This document shows positions 12,545 through 23,338 of a stretch of DNA of 64,000 nt, in pieces (the first letter of the stretch is position 1; every line of letters starts with the position of its first letter). Source of the DNA: Microbotryum violaceum (lineage: Eukaryota); the NCBI GenBank assembly GCA_001244265.2, contig CDLV01000006.1, positions 992,001 through 1,056,000 of the forward strand. The letters are read 5' to 3'. The position numbers were made by a program, and so were the translations under genes. A model generated the notes under the pieces. The model searched no databases. It was not told the DNA's origin and saw only the letters and a program-made list of their open reading frames with translations.

Positions 12545-13558
12545 ATGAATATCTTCCGACTGCTCGGCGACCTGTCGCACTTGGCCTCGATCCTGATCCT
12601 CGTGCACAAGATCACAAAATCGAGGTCCTGTCGCGGCATCTCGTTCAAGACCCAGTTGTCTTATTTGCTTGTCTTTCTCACCCGGTCAGTCTACCCACAG
12701 TACACGGTCTTGTCATCTTCGCTGACACGGGGGTTTCCTTCTCTGCTCTGATTGTACTTCGTCGTTTGAATGATTTCGTCACACTGCCGAATCCACCGCG
12801 CCAAACTCTTTTCTCCACGACTTGTCGCTCCACGCACACACGCACACACACACACATACCTCAAACCCACCTTCAACCCTCCCCTCCCCAACCAACCAAC
12901 AAACAGCTATGTCGACCTCGTGACTGGCCCCCATATCTCGCTTTACAACACGGTGATGAAGATCTTCTTCATCGGTTCGGCCGCCTACGTCATCTTTCTC
13001 ATGAAGATCAAATACAAGTCAGTCCGGGTTCGAGTTAAGACGGGGGATCGGGCATAGGGAGGAATGCTGAATCATCTTTGTTACATGATTGTTCTCTCCC
13101 AGGCCGACCCAGGACCCCGCCCTCGATACTTTGCGTCTCGAGTACCTCTTGGGCCCTTGCACCGTATTGGCCATGATCTTCAACTACCGATTGTGAGTAT
13201 CTTACATTACGTCACCCCCTCCTTACAAAAGCTTACATCCCTCCCTTTTTCCCCCAGCACCCCCTCTGAGCTCCTTTGGTCGTTCTCCATCTACCTCGAA
13301 GCCGTCGCGATCCTCCCGCAACTCTTCATGCTACAACGTACGGGGGAAGCCGAAACGATTACGACGCATTACCTTTTCGCGCTCGGCGCCTACCGAGCGC
13401 TCTACGTCCCGAATTGGGTCTATAGGTATTTCACGGAGGATACCGTGGATCCGATCGCGATCGTCGCCGGGTTGGTGCAGACCGCTTTGTTTTCGGATTT
13501 CTTTTATATCTACTTTACCAAAGTGATGAGGGGGCAAAAGTTCGAGTTGCCTGCGTAG
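12545..13558 (+). CDS. ERD2: ER lumen protein-retaining (HDEL/KDEL) receptor
   Basis: '[16 protein letters not shown]...[10 protein letters not shown]', '[44 protein letters not shown]', ending 'GQKFELPA'. Confidence 0.97.
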
Positions 13559-13908
13559 GCATCCCTTGAAGAGGGGAGGGGAGGGAAGGGGAAGAGGAGG
13601 CAGGCAAAGTTCTTCTTGTTTTTAGAGGAAGAAGAAGTAGCGGGGCGGGTCCGAGGAGGATACGAAACACGAAAGAATGGCGCGGGGGAGGGTGACGAAT
13701 CCCTTGATGAAACGTACATGAAACGTACAGTGCAATCCTATTGGTCTCTCTCTCCTCTTTTGACTTTCATACAAAGGTCTCCAGAAGAGCAAGGGGGGGC
13801 GGGTAGATGCTTGGTATCAGAGGGAGAGATGTTTTATAGGCGCAAGAGGAAGCCAATCTGTACACCGTTAGGACTGATTCCTGACGAGAAGAGGTTCAAG
13901 TGGCGGGT

Positions 13909-14810
13909 TTATTGCATTTCGAGTGACATGCCATCGTTGATCTGGTGAGGTTGACCAGGAAAGGAAACGGTGTCAGCGGTGAGGAGGAAGGGTTTGCGGA
14001 CGGGGAATGGAGACCGACCTCGTAGTCGGCCAGTGTGATGCTATGGAACGCGTCAAGGAGATATCAGTTTCAAAGATCATCAGTTCCTTCGTAGACAAGA
14101 AGGGACTCAACTGGTCCTTGTAAATGGTGTACCTGTGATTGGGCGAGAATCAGCTACAGACTGCTCGTTTCGGAACCGAGTGCGATCTCCTAGGCTCACC
14201 ATTTCTTGAGCACGATCTTTTCACTGAGGTGAAGTCAAGGGGTGTGATCAACAATATGTGCTGGGCGATGTGATTGTAGAGTGTGTACGCACGCTTTTGT
14301 TCCGGTTTGTGCGGCGATGAGTTTTTTGAGATCGCCGACGGTATCTTCCGAGCTGGCAGCGGTGGAGGGGGAGGATCAGAGAGTCTACCCCATCGAGGGC
14401 CGATTAGTTTCGTGTTGATCTGAACTCACTCGCACTTGACGCGAACTAGATATCCGTTCGTTATCGTAAGAAGAGGTAATGGCAAGGAAGGACGGAGAGG
14501 AGCGTCGGTCAGCGCATGATGTCAAGTCGAGTCGAGTACACGATCGTTGTAGCTCGCGTACCCTTCTGACCGAGTCGATCGTTGGCGATGATTTCGATCA
14601 GTGCCACTGGAATTCGGTTGGAGGAGCATCGAGTAAGAGGGCATGGTCATGAACGAGGTGCGAGGTGGGAGGTGGGAGGTGGAGGTGGTGAGGATGACGT
14701 TGACGATGGACCATGGACCATGGACGATGGATGATGGCGGATGGCGGACGGAGAGGGACAAAGGGTTAGCTCAGAGGAACTGGGAAGCAGCTTGGAGGAT
14801 GATACTGACT
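13909..14810 (-). CDS. HUB1: Ubiquitin-like splicing factor Hub1/UBL5, 8 coding exons, start codon split by intron 1
   Basis: Manual splicing yields [73 protein letters not shown]. It is missing from the ORF track because every exon is short. Confidence 0.93.
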
Positions 14811-14902
14811 GTTGGAGAGTGGTTGATTGCGTGTGTTCGTCCAGGAAAGCTGTGTGGGGTGAGGCTCCAGTCCAATGTCAGCGCTTTGTTGCGCGGGTGG
14901 CA

Positions 14903-14952
14903 AATCAGCGCTAATCAGCGATTAATCAGCGATTAATCAGCGAGTAATCAGC
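14903..14952. repeat. ~11-bp tandem repeat (TAATCAGCGAT-like) x5 in the HUB1/NAB2 divergent intergenic region
   Basis: aatcagcgct aatcagcgatt aatcagcgatt aatcagcgagt aatcagc, read directly. Confidence 0.85.
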
Positions 14953-15058
14953 TATTAGAATAGAATCAGAGCTGCCGCTGATATATGATAGCTGCCGCGA
15001 CAGGCGCGCGGTGAGCGAGGGTGGGCGTCGCAACCGGCTCAGCTCGCACCAGCTCGCA

Positions 15059-15177
15059 CCTCACCGCCTCACCGCCTCACCGCCTCACCGCCTCACGCCT
15101 CACGACCGCTGCCCCGGTGCCTTCAACCCCGCGTTCGACCACACCACCACCACCACCACCACCACCACCACCACCAC
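15059..15177. repeat. CCTCACCG x~5 minisatellite followed by (CAC)n microsatellite
   Basis: Directly visible upstream of the NAB2 start. Confidence 0.85.
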
Positions 15178-15307
15178 TTGGACTTACCAGACCTTCACTC
15201 GTCTAACGCTCTTCACCTGCTCGCTACTCATCCGTCCACTCTTGCACTTCACGCTCCGTCGTCCGTCTGTGGTCATCCCCCGTTCATCCGACCGCGCGTA
15301 ATCAGCG

Positions 15308-17510
15308 ATGGTGTACCAGCCGGAAATCCTCCCTTCGAGCCAGCAAGGACAGGCATTGCAGGCGCGTACAGCACTGGTCAATGCACCCACTCACCCCCCC
15401 ACTGACTCTCCCACCACACAGGCCGCGATCCAAAAGCAGTTGGCCTTCCTCGGCTGGAGCACCGAGGATGATACCGTCATGGCGCAAGTTGCACCTCAAC
15501 TCCCTTGGTTCTACTCGACGTTTTGAACTAACCCCTTTTTCCTCACACAGTGAATACTGCCTGGTCATGCTCGGTAACCGCAAGACCGCAGGTCAGTTCA
15601 CCGCTCTGTCGTCATCGTGACCGCTCGCTCACTCGAACCCACTCCCACACCCGCAACAGCCCAAATCTCGACCGAACTGTCCGACCTGATCGGGTCCGAC
15701 TTTGACGAGTCCTTTGTCAGCTGGCTCTTTGCCGAACTCAAGTCCCACTACCCGGACCCGGCTTCCAATCCTGAAGCCGCTACCCCCGCCGCCTCCGCTG
15801 CTCCGCCTACCCCTGGCGCCTCGATTCCCCCTTCGTCAGCGAACCCCCCCGCTGGCTCGGACTCGGCTCGACCTGCCGTCGGCATCCGCGGCCATGCCTC
15901 GATCCCCGCTCGCCCTGCGGCTGTCTTTGGCCACGCCGTATCGGGTATCAAGCGTGACTCGCGTGACATGGACGGAGGCGTACCCTCCGGACCTAGGGAC
16001 GTGCAACGACCTCGTTTCGACCATGCCGGCATCCCTTCCGGACCGAGGAATCCCAACGGACCTGGAGGGGGAGGTCGAGGTGGTCGCATGAACGGAGCAG
16101 GAAATGGTGCAGGCTCGTTAATGAACCGCATGGGCCCGAGTCAGGCGAGGAACAACCCGATGCCGCCTCAGAACGCCATGGGTATGCCCCCGCAGGCTTT
16201 CGAAGCAGTAAGCCTCTCGTTTAGCTCGCTCAGTAGTGACGGTCTGACTTACCCACTTTTGGTTGTATGCAGATTGCTCAAACGATCGAGGCTGTCAAGC
16301 GAGGCGCTCACCCTTCGGCCCTTGCCGCGATCCCTTACCCCGCCCTTGCCTCGCACCCTCTCGCCGCGACACTACCACCCCAGATCATGGCCCAAGCGCA
16401 AGCCCACGCGATTGCTCAAGCCCAGGCTTTCGCGGCCATGTCGAACGCTTGGAACGTTGCTCCCACTGCGGTTCCAGCTGCACAAGGAGGCTTCAACCCC
16501 GCCGCAGCTCCTTTCCACCCCGGAGCCGCTGCATTCGGGGCTCCTCCGCCTGCCCAACAACAACACCACCCCCGCCACCCCGCCCAGCCTCTTGTACCAA
16601 AGCAGATCGCCGTCGTGCTGCCGAGTAAACCGAGCGAAGAGGCCATCTGCAAGCATGGCGTCGATTGCTCCAAGCCGCAATGCCCTTACTCGCACCCTAG
16701 CCCCGTCGCGACCAAGGAATCGGGTCTGGTTCTTTCAAGCGAGGCGTGTGAGAAGCAAGTTGCTTGTGCTGATCCCGTAAGTTTACATGAATGCCTCATA
16801 CCTTGGGAAGCCACACGCAAACTGAACCCCATCTACCGCTCCGCCCGCAGGACTGCCCGAAATCGCATGTCTCGCCCGCGCAGAAGACCTCGCCGCCTAC
16901 GAACACCTCAACGAATTTTGCCGGTCAAACGACCTTCATCCCCACCCCCGCACCTCAAGTCGCGCCCTTCCTCCCTTCCTCCGAAGCTTCATCGACCATC
17001 GCCGGCGCAGGGGAGAAACCGTGCAAGTTCGCGGGAAGTTGTACCCGCCCTGGATGCGTTTTTGTCCATCCTTGGGATAACCCTTCGACTGGAGGTTCGA
17101 TGCCCTGCAGGTATGGACTGGGCTGTACGAGAGCGGATTGTCATTTCTCGCACCCGCCTGGGTGGAGGGTCGGCGGAGGGGGTGCAGGAGGTGCAGGAGC
17201 GAAGAGGAACGTTTCGACCACTTTCTCGAACATGACGTTGGGGAAGCCGAGCGTGACGACGAAGAAAGAGGGTGCTATTGGCGCTTGGCCCACGGAGGAC
17301 AAGGAGCATATCTCGGAGAGGTTGAAGAGGTTTGCTGGAGGGGAGGCCCAGTCGAATGGAGCGACGACGACGACGAATGGTGAAGGGGTGAAGAGTGAAG
17401 AGGGGGCAAAGGCAGAGACAATCATCCCTGGTCAGACGAGTCAGGAACAACAGGATCAAGTCGAAATCAAGGGCTTGGAAGCGGAACCTCAACAAGCCAA
17501 GGTCGAGTAA
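15308..17510 (+). CDS. NAB2: Nab2/ZC3H14-like nuclear poly(A)-binding protein (PWI-like N-terminus, RGG, tandem CCCH fingers)
   Basis: Spliced N-terminus 'ALQAAIQKQL...DDTVMAEYCLVMLGNRKTAAQISTELSDLIG', 'GGRGG', and fingers 'CKHGVDCSKPQCPYSHP', 'CKFAGSCTRPGCVFVHP', 'CRYGLGCTRADCHFSHP'. Confidence 0.88.
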
Positions 17511-17875
17511 CTTTTTGAGTTGGCACTCCCCCTAACACATCAACAGCCGTACATACGGAAAGCGTCTTTGACGACAAAAACCCGTCTTCCCAACCTACCG
17601 TCTTGCTTTGTTCTTTTTTTTTGTGCTTTACATTCCTACGGTGTCTCTCCTCTCTCTCTCTCTTTGGTCACTGGGTGCGCCATCGTGTGAAATAGTAGAT
17701 TCGGTCCGACAAAATGGGGGGTCCTTCTCTCTTATTCCCCTTCTGGGGTTGGAGCGGAAGAACACCCCACACAACATATTTTCTCTTCCTGGTTTGCCAA
17801 TGCATCGTGAGAGCTTGTGTGTATGTGTGATTTGAACTCTGTGATTGACTTGCAGATGTTGGGGAGACAAGGGTT

Positions 17876-19084
17876 CTAGTAATGACTGCCGAGCTTGCGG
17901 GCTTCCATCATGCCTTGTTTTCTCGACGCCAACCGCATGGCTTCGATCGCTTGCCTAAGAAACCGACGATGAATCAGCGCCAGATCCTTTCGAGCAGGTC
18001 AAAAACCGTTGATCGTACTCACCTCTTGACCTTCCTCTGCAATCCATCCTTACCGGCCATCCCCAACACCCCAGCGATCAATTCGATCGTCCTAGGGGAA
18101 TCATCATTCGCCGGAATCGAATACGTCACCAACCTCGGGTCCAAATCCGTGTCCATGATCCCGATCGTCGGGATCTCATTCGACGTCGCTTCCCTCAACG
18201 CATGCTCGTTCAACGTAGGGGAGAGCAGGATCATGAGATCGGGTTTGAAACTCGTCGGAGTCGGTTTCGTAGGCGCTTTCTCACGTTTATCTCGACCAGC
18301 TCCGTAGGATGAGGTGGGCGAAACGGTGAAAGGGATTTCGGAATGTTTGAACACCTCTCGAGCGTTCGAGATCGTACCCGGCAACCATTTCGTTACCGCG
18401 TACCCATTCGAACCCAACCTCTGCGCATTCGTCCAAAGCGTCTTTTCGGTCCCCTTCAAACTGCCCACGAAAACGACGATACCGTCCCTTTCGACGACGC
18501 CGCGTACGACTTGGGCCGCTCGACGGAGCGCGGGTAGGGTTTGACGTAGGTCGATGTAGGAGATCCCGGTGCGGGTTCCGTAGATGGAGGGGATCGCGGC
18601 TCGGTGCGTGAGCGAGGTCGAGTGGCCTAGGTGCGCACCCGAGGCGATGAGGTGAGAGATCGTGGCGCTTAGAGAGGTTGGGGAGCGAGACAGGTTATGG
18701 TGCGGTCGGTATTGCGAGGTAGCGTCTTGGGTTGATCCGAGGTGGGTCATTTGGGCGTCTGCAGTGGGGAGGAGAGGGAGGTCAGGGATGAAAGAAAGCA
18801 GAGCGAAAGGAAAGGGGGGATGGGCTCTCGTACTGACCCGTGTATCGACGTGCCCTTCGTTCGGATACTTTGGTCATCATCTCGGACCATGATTGTTGGG
18901 CTTGCTTTTGACGAGAGGTCAAGACGGGTTGGGCGGGAGAGGAAGGAGTGGAAGCATCGGTCGAGCTTGACGACGACGACGACGACGACGACGGCGAGGA
19001 AGTCGAGGTGGAAACGGCTCTTGTCAGGTTGAGGGACGAAGAGGTCGACGCGGGGAGGCTACGGATGCATTTCGACAACGACAT
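17876..19084 (-). CDS. MRP4: Mitochondrial ribosomal protein uS2m
   Basis: 'LIASGAHLGHS...IYGTRTGISYIDL', 'KWLPGTISN', 'PTIGIMDTD.DP..VTYSIPANDDS'; Ser/Arg-rich presequence-like N-terminus; 2 introns. Confidence 0.92.
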
Positions 19085-19722
19085 GATGGTCTGCTCTCGA
19101 GACGAGCCGAGGCGAGGTTCCGAAGAGCTGGTGAAAGAGGTCGCGGAGTCGTGTGGGAAATTGTTCGCAATTCTGCGGAGCGAACCGCGGGCCAGGGTTG
19201 GCCCCAGGTCTGTAACCGCCAAATCCGACGCGGGCTAATGGGCCTTCCCACGCGCCCTGGTCGCGACACTTAACCCAGCGGGCCCGTGCGCGCACGCCGG
19301 CAAGGAGGAAGCGACTTTTTTACTGGGCGGGAGCGGGACGGCCCCTCCTTCGCCGCCCGCACCAGTATCGCTCGTTTCCTCTTTCCCCATCCCCCCCCAT
19401 CTCTCACCCATCCATCCGTAAGTCGCCACGTACATTCCCACTTCCTCCCAGATGTGACTGCATCGCCTGCCCACCCTGGACGCCCTCCGACTCGAATGGT
19501 TGGACACTCCGCAGCGGCTCGGAACTTTGGGGAAGCTCTCGACTACCACGACCACGACCACGACCACGAAGGACCCGCGAAACTCTGTCGCTGGCTTGCG
19601 CTTTCGCACACATTTCACGACGCCGCGACCGTCGTTAATTGCCGTGGCACTTTTGTTCTTGGCCTACAACGGCACTTATATTTCCCTTCGTTATTACCTC
19701 AAACAGACCTCCATCCCTAAAT

Positions 19723-22009
19723 ATGTCTGACCACGAGGACGTGAGTGGCTGATTCCGCATTTCGTGCGGCTGGTTGGAGGCCACGCGCGTCTGGCCCGGC
19801 CCACACGCACGTTGGGCATCGCCTGAGCAGCCGAAAACTGATCGATCGCGCTCTATTGTTCTCTCTCGACTAGGTTCCCGCTTTGGTTGACGGCGCCCAA
19901 GCCGATGAGACCGTTTTTGAGGGTGCCATTGGTGAGTCGCAAGAAAACCGGCTCCGGTCGTCCAGAACGACGAGACCCCCATGCCCCTGCCGCCACCCGC
20001 GCCGCCATCGTTCGTAGCAAGCGTGCTGATTTCTTCTTTGGCTGTCTTTCACTCCCCTCTCTGCTCGGCTTGCGCTCTCCCTTCTGTTTAAACTTGATGA
20101 CGTATCATAGGTATCGATCTCGGAACCACCTACTCCTGCGTCGGTGTCTGGCAAAACGACCGAGTCGAGATCATCGCCAACGACCAGGGTAACCGCACCA
20201 CCCCTTCTTATGTCGCCTTCACCGAGACCGAGCGTCTCATTGGTGACTCGGCCAAGTAAGTCTTGCTCACGCCTCACACAGACTTGGATCAAAGTCGATG
20301 TTGACGCCGTGATTTGGCCCTTCAGGAACCAGGCCGCCATGAACCCCCGCCAGACCGTCTTCGACGCCAAGCGTCTCATCGGTCGACGATTTGACGACCC
20401 CGACGTCAAGAAGGACCGAGCCCACTGGCCCTTCAAGGTCATCGACAAGGAGGGCTCGCCCTTCATCGAGGTCGAGTACCTTAACGAGACCAAGACTTTC
20501 TCCCCCGCCGAGATCTCGTCCATGGTCCTTTCCAAGCTCAAGGAGACCGCCGAGACCAAACTCGGCAAGGAGGTCAAGAAGGCCGTCGTCACCGTCCCCG
20601 CTTACTTCAACGACTCGCAGCGTCTCTCGACCAAGGACGCCGGAACGATCGCCGGTTTGGACGTGCTCCGTATCATCAACGAGCCCACCGCCGCTGCCAT
20701 CGCCTACGGTCTGGGTGAGGCCACCGAGAAGTCTAAGAAGGAGAAGGTCGTTCTCATCTTCGATCTTGGAGGAGGAACTTTCGATGTCTCGCTCTTGACC
20801 ATCTCGGGTGGTGTCTTCGCCGTCAAGGCCACCGCTGGTGACACCCACTTGGGTGGTGAGGACTTTGACAACGCCCTTTTGGAGCACTTCAAGAAGGAGT
20901 TTGAGAGGAAGAACAAGCTCGACATCTCCGAGGACCCGCGTGCCCTCCGTCGTCTTCGATCCGCGTGCGAGCGTGCCAAGCGCACCCTTTCGTCCGTTAC
21001 GCAGACGACCGTCGAGGTCGACTCGCTCTTCCAAGGTACCGACTTCTCCGCCTCGATCTCCCGTGCTCGTTTCGAGGAGATCAACGCCGCCACCTTCCGC
21101 TCCACGCTCGACCCCGTCGAGAAGGTCCTCAAAGACGCCAAGGTCGACCGCACCAAGGTCGACGACATCGTCCTCGTCGGTGGCTCGACCCGTATCCCCA
21201 AGATCCAGTCGCTCGTTTCCGAGTTCTTCGGTGGCCGACAGTTGAACAAGTCGATCAACCCCGATGAGGCCGTTGCCTACGGTGCCGCCGTTCAGGCCGC
21301 CGTCTTGACCGGTCAGACTTCGGAGCGCACCGCCGACTTGCTCTTGCTCGATGTCGCCCCGCTCTCGCTCGGTGTCGCCATGCAAGGTGACGTCTTCGGT
21401 TGCGTCATCCCCCGCAACACCCCCATCCCCACCAGCAAGTCGCGAACTTTCACGACCGTCGAGGACAACCAGACGACCGTCACTTTCCCCGTCCACGAGG
21501 GAGAGCGTGTCACGTGCAAGGAGAACCGATTGCTCGGCGAGTTCGAGCTGTCCGGCATCACACCCCAACCCCGCGGCCAAGCCGAGCTCGTCTGCACCTT
21601 CGAGGTCGACGCCAACGGTCTTCTCAAGGTCTCCGCCCTTGATCGAACTTCGGGACGCCGCGCCCACATCAGTATCACCAACTCGGTCGGTCGCCTCTCG
21701 TCGACCGAGATCGAGCAGATGCTCAAGGACGCCGAGGTGTACAAGCAAGCCGACAAGGAGTTCTCGGCCAAGCACGAAGCGAAGTCTGAGCTCGAGTCGT
21801 ACATCTCCTCCGTTGAGTCGACCATCACCTCCCCCGAGGTCGGCGCCAAGATCAAGCGTCAGAACAAGGCCGCCGTCGAGTCCGAGTTGGCCAAAGCGCT
21901 TGAGCGCCTCGAGATTGAGGAGTCGACCGCCGACGAGCTCAAGAAGGCTCACCTCTTGCTCCGTCGCTCGATGCAAAAGGCCATGTCCGGTATCTCTGGT
22001 CGAGGTTAA
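19723..22009 (+). CDS. SSB1: Ribosome-associated Hsp70 of the Ssb class, 4 exons
   Basis: '[17 protein letters not shown]', '[21 protein letters not shown]' and '[15 protein letters not shown]'; no C-terminal EEVD; strong codon bias. Confidence 0.95.
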
Positions 22010-22587
22010 ATCGGTCTAAAACCCGATATCTTCCCCGATTCAACCAAAAACGAAGAATCAACCAAAAGGTCCAAAAAAAGCAACGCCAACCTCAACCCCT
22101 CCCCTTCGTCACCACCTCTTAGACTATTTCCTTTCTTCCCTCTTTGTTGCTTTTCATCCTTTTCAGTTTGTTCTTCTAGGGGATTCTTCGTTTTCTTTTT
22201 CTCTTGACACCATCTTTGCACCAGGGGCCCCTCACGACCTTGTTCACTTTTTGTGCTATTCCTTCCCTCCTCTTTTCTCTCTGTCTCTTCTCCCACTAGG
22301 CATCTTCGTAGTCTTGGGCTCACTCGCCAAGAGGAAAACGAGTAGCTCTCGTCTACATAAAACATATCCATTTCTTCGGACATGAAAGCTCGAGATGAAG
22401 GCAAGAGTAAACGAGCTTGGCACCGCGTTCAGAACAACAGTCTATAAGACCATACGTTTGATCATATTGTAGCACCGAGTACCAGCTTCTTCGTTTCTGA
22501 GACAAGTCGATCATCTTCTTGTTCGTTTGTTGTATCGGGCTCGAGATGGGAGGCAAAGACCACCCCGGCCTCGGTCTGCGAGTAATA

Positions 22588-23338
22588 TTATTCGACATGA
22601 TTCGATCCAATCAGCTAGACCCCGAACTCTTGGACAGTCCAAGATTGCGATAAAACTTGTTTGACTGACCTACCAGATGTTCCAATTCGAGCTTGGTCAA
22701 CGCATCCTCGAGTTGGCTTCGGGATGGGTTCAACCCTTGAAACGTCTTCTGTTGTTCCCAGGTCGTCAGAGCCGAGGATGTGCCGGCGAAGCGGGTGACG
22801 AGGTTATCGGACCAGTGAAAGGGGTTTGTATTTGGATGGGAAGCGTTGTAGGATTTGATGAGGTGTCGATGTTGGATTAGGTCTGCGGTGGTCGAGAAAA
22901 GTGGTCAGCCCCACTCGGGAGACTGACCCCGGCCGGGAGCCGAGCCGGGCTTCGGGAGGCTGGCCCAAACTGCCAAGTCCGAGTTCGCCGAGCGACACCT
23001 CGACAACGGGCATGTTGAAACGGGTACTCACACCACTCACTGGTGTTCATCACCTCACCCATCCTCGACCTTTCAACTTTGATCCTCTCCCCCATCTTCC
23101 AGCTCTTCCTCACCTTGCGATCAAATACGTTCCAACTCCACCCTTCCTTCAATTCCTTCGCTCTGAAATTCAGATCATGCGAAAGCGCAGAGATGTAAAC
23201 CTCCATCTGGAACCAACTGGGGGGAGGTATGGCGTGGAATAATCTTTCCTGTTCGAGGGACCATAGCGATTGGTAGAGATAGGAGCGACGGATGAATTCG
23301 GCGACGTGGTAAGGGAGGAAAGGCGCATCGAGTTTCAT
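22588..23338 (-). CDS. Hypothetical protein, about 3 exons; true start uncertain
   Basis: ORF 22877-23338 splices via GTGAGT..GCTGAC..CAG to 'LIQHRHLIKSYNASHPNTNPFHWSDNLVTRFAG...LELEHL', then via GTAGGT..TAG to 'LIGSNHVE*'. Confidence 0.55.

Noticed and set aside
12202..13038. 278-aa plus-strand ORF overlapping ERD2
   Set aside because: Arg/Pro-rich out-of-frame read-through of the promoter, ERD2 exons and an intron.
14903..15100. Short repeat arrays as CRISPR-like or telomeric repeats
   Set aside because: No unique spacers, eukaryotic context, and not TTAGGG-type.
19741..20110. Possible intronic snoRNAs in SSB1 introns (also checked the long UreD intron)
   Set aside because: No convincing paired C/D boxes with a terminal stem or H/ACA architecture seen by eye. 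A covariance-model scan would be needed.
20267..21976. 569-aa antisense ORF opposite the Hsp70 gene
   Set aside because: Long antisense ORFs are a well-known by-product of strong codon bias in hsp70 genes. There is no independent evidence of a gene.
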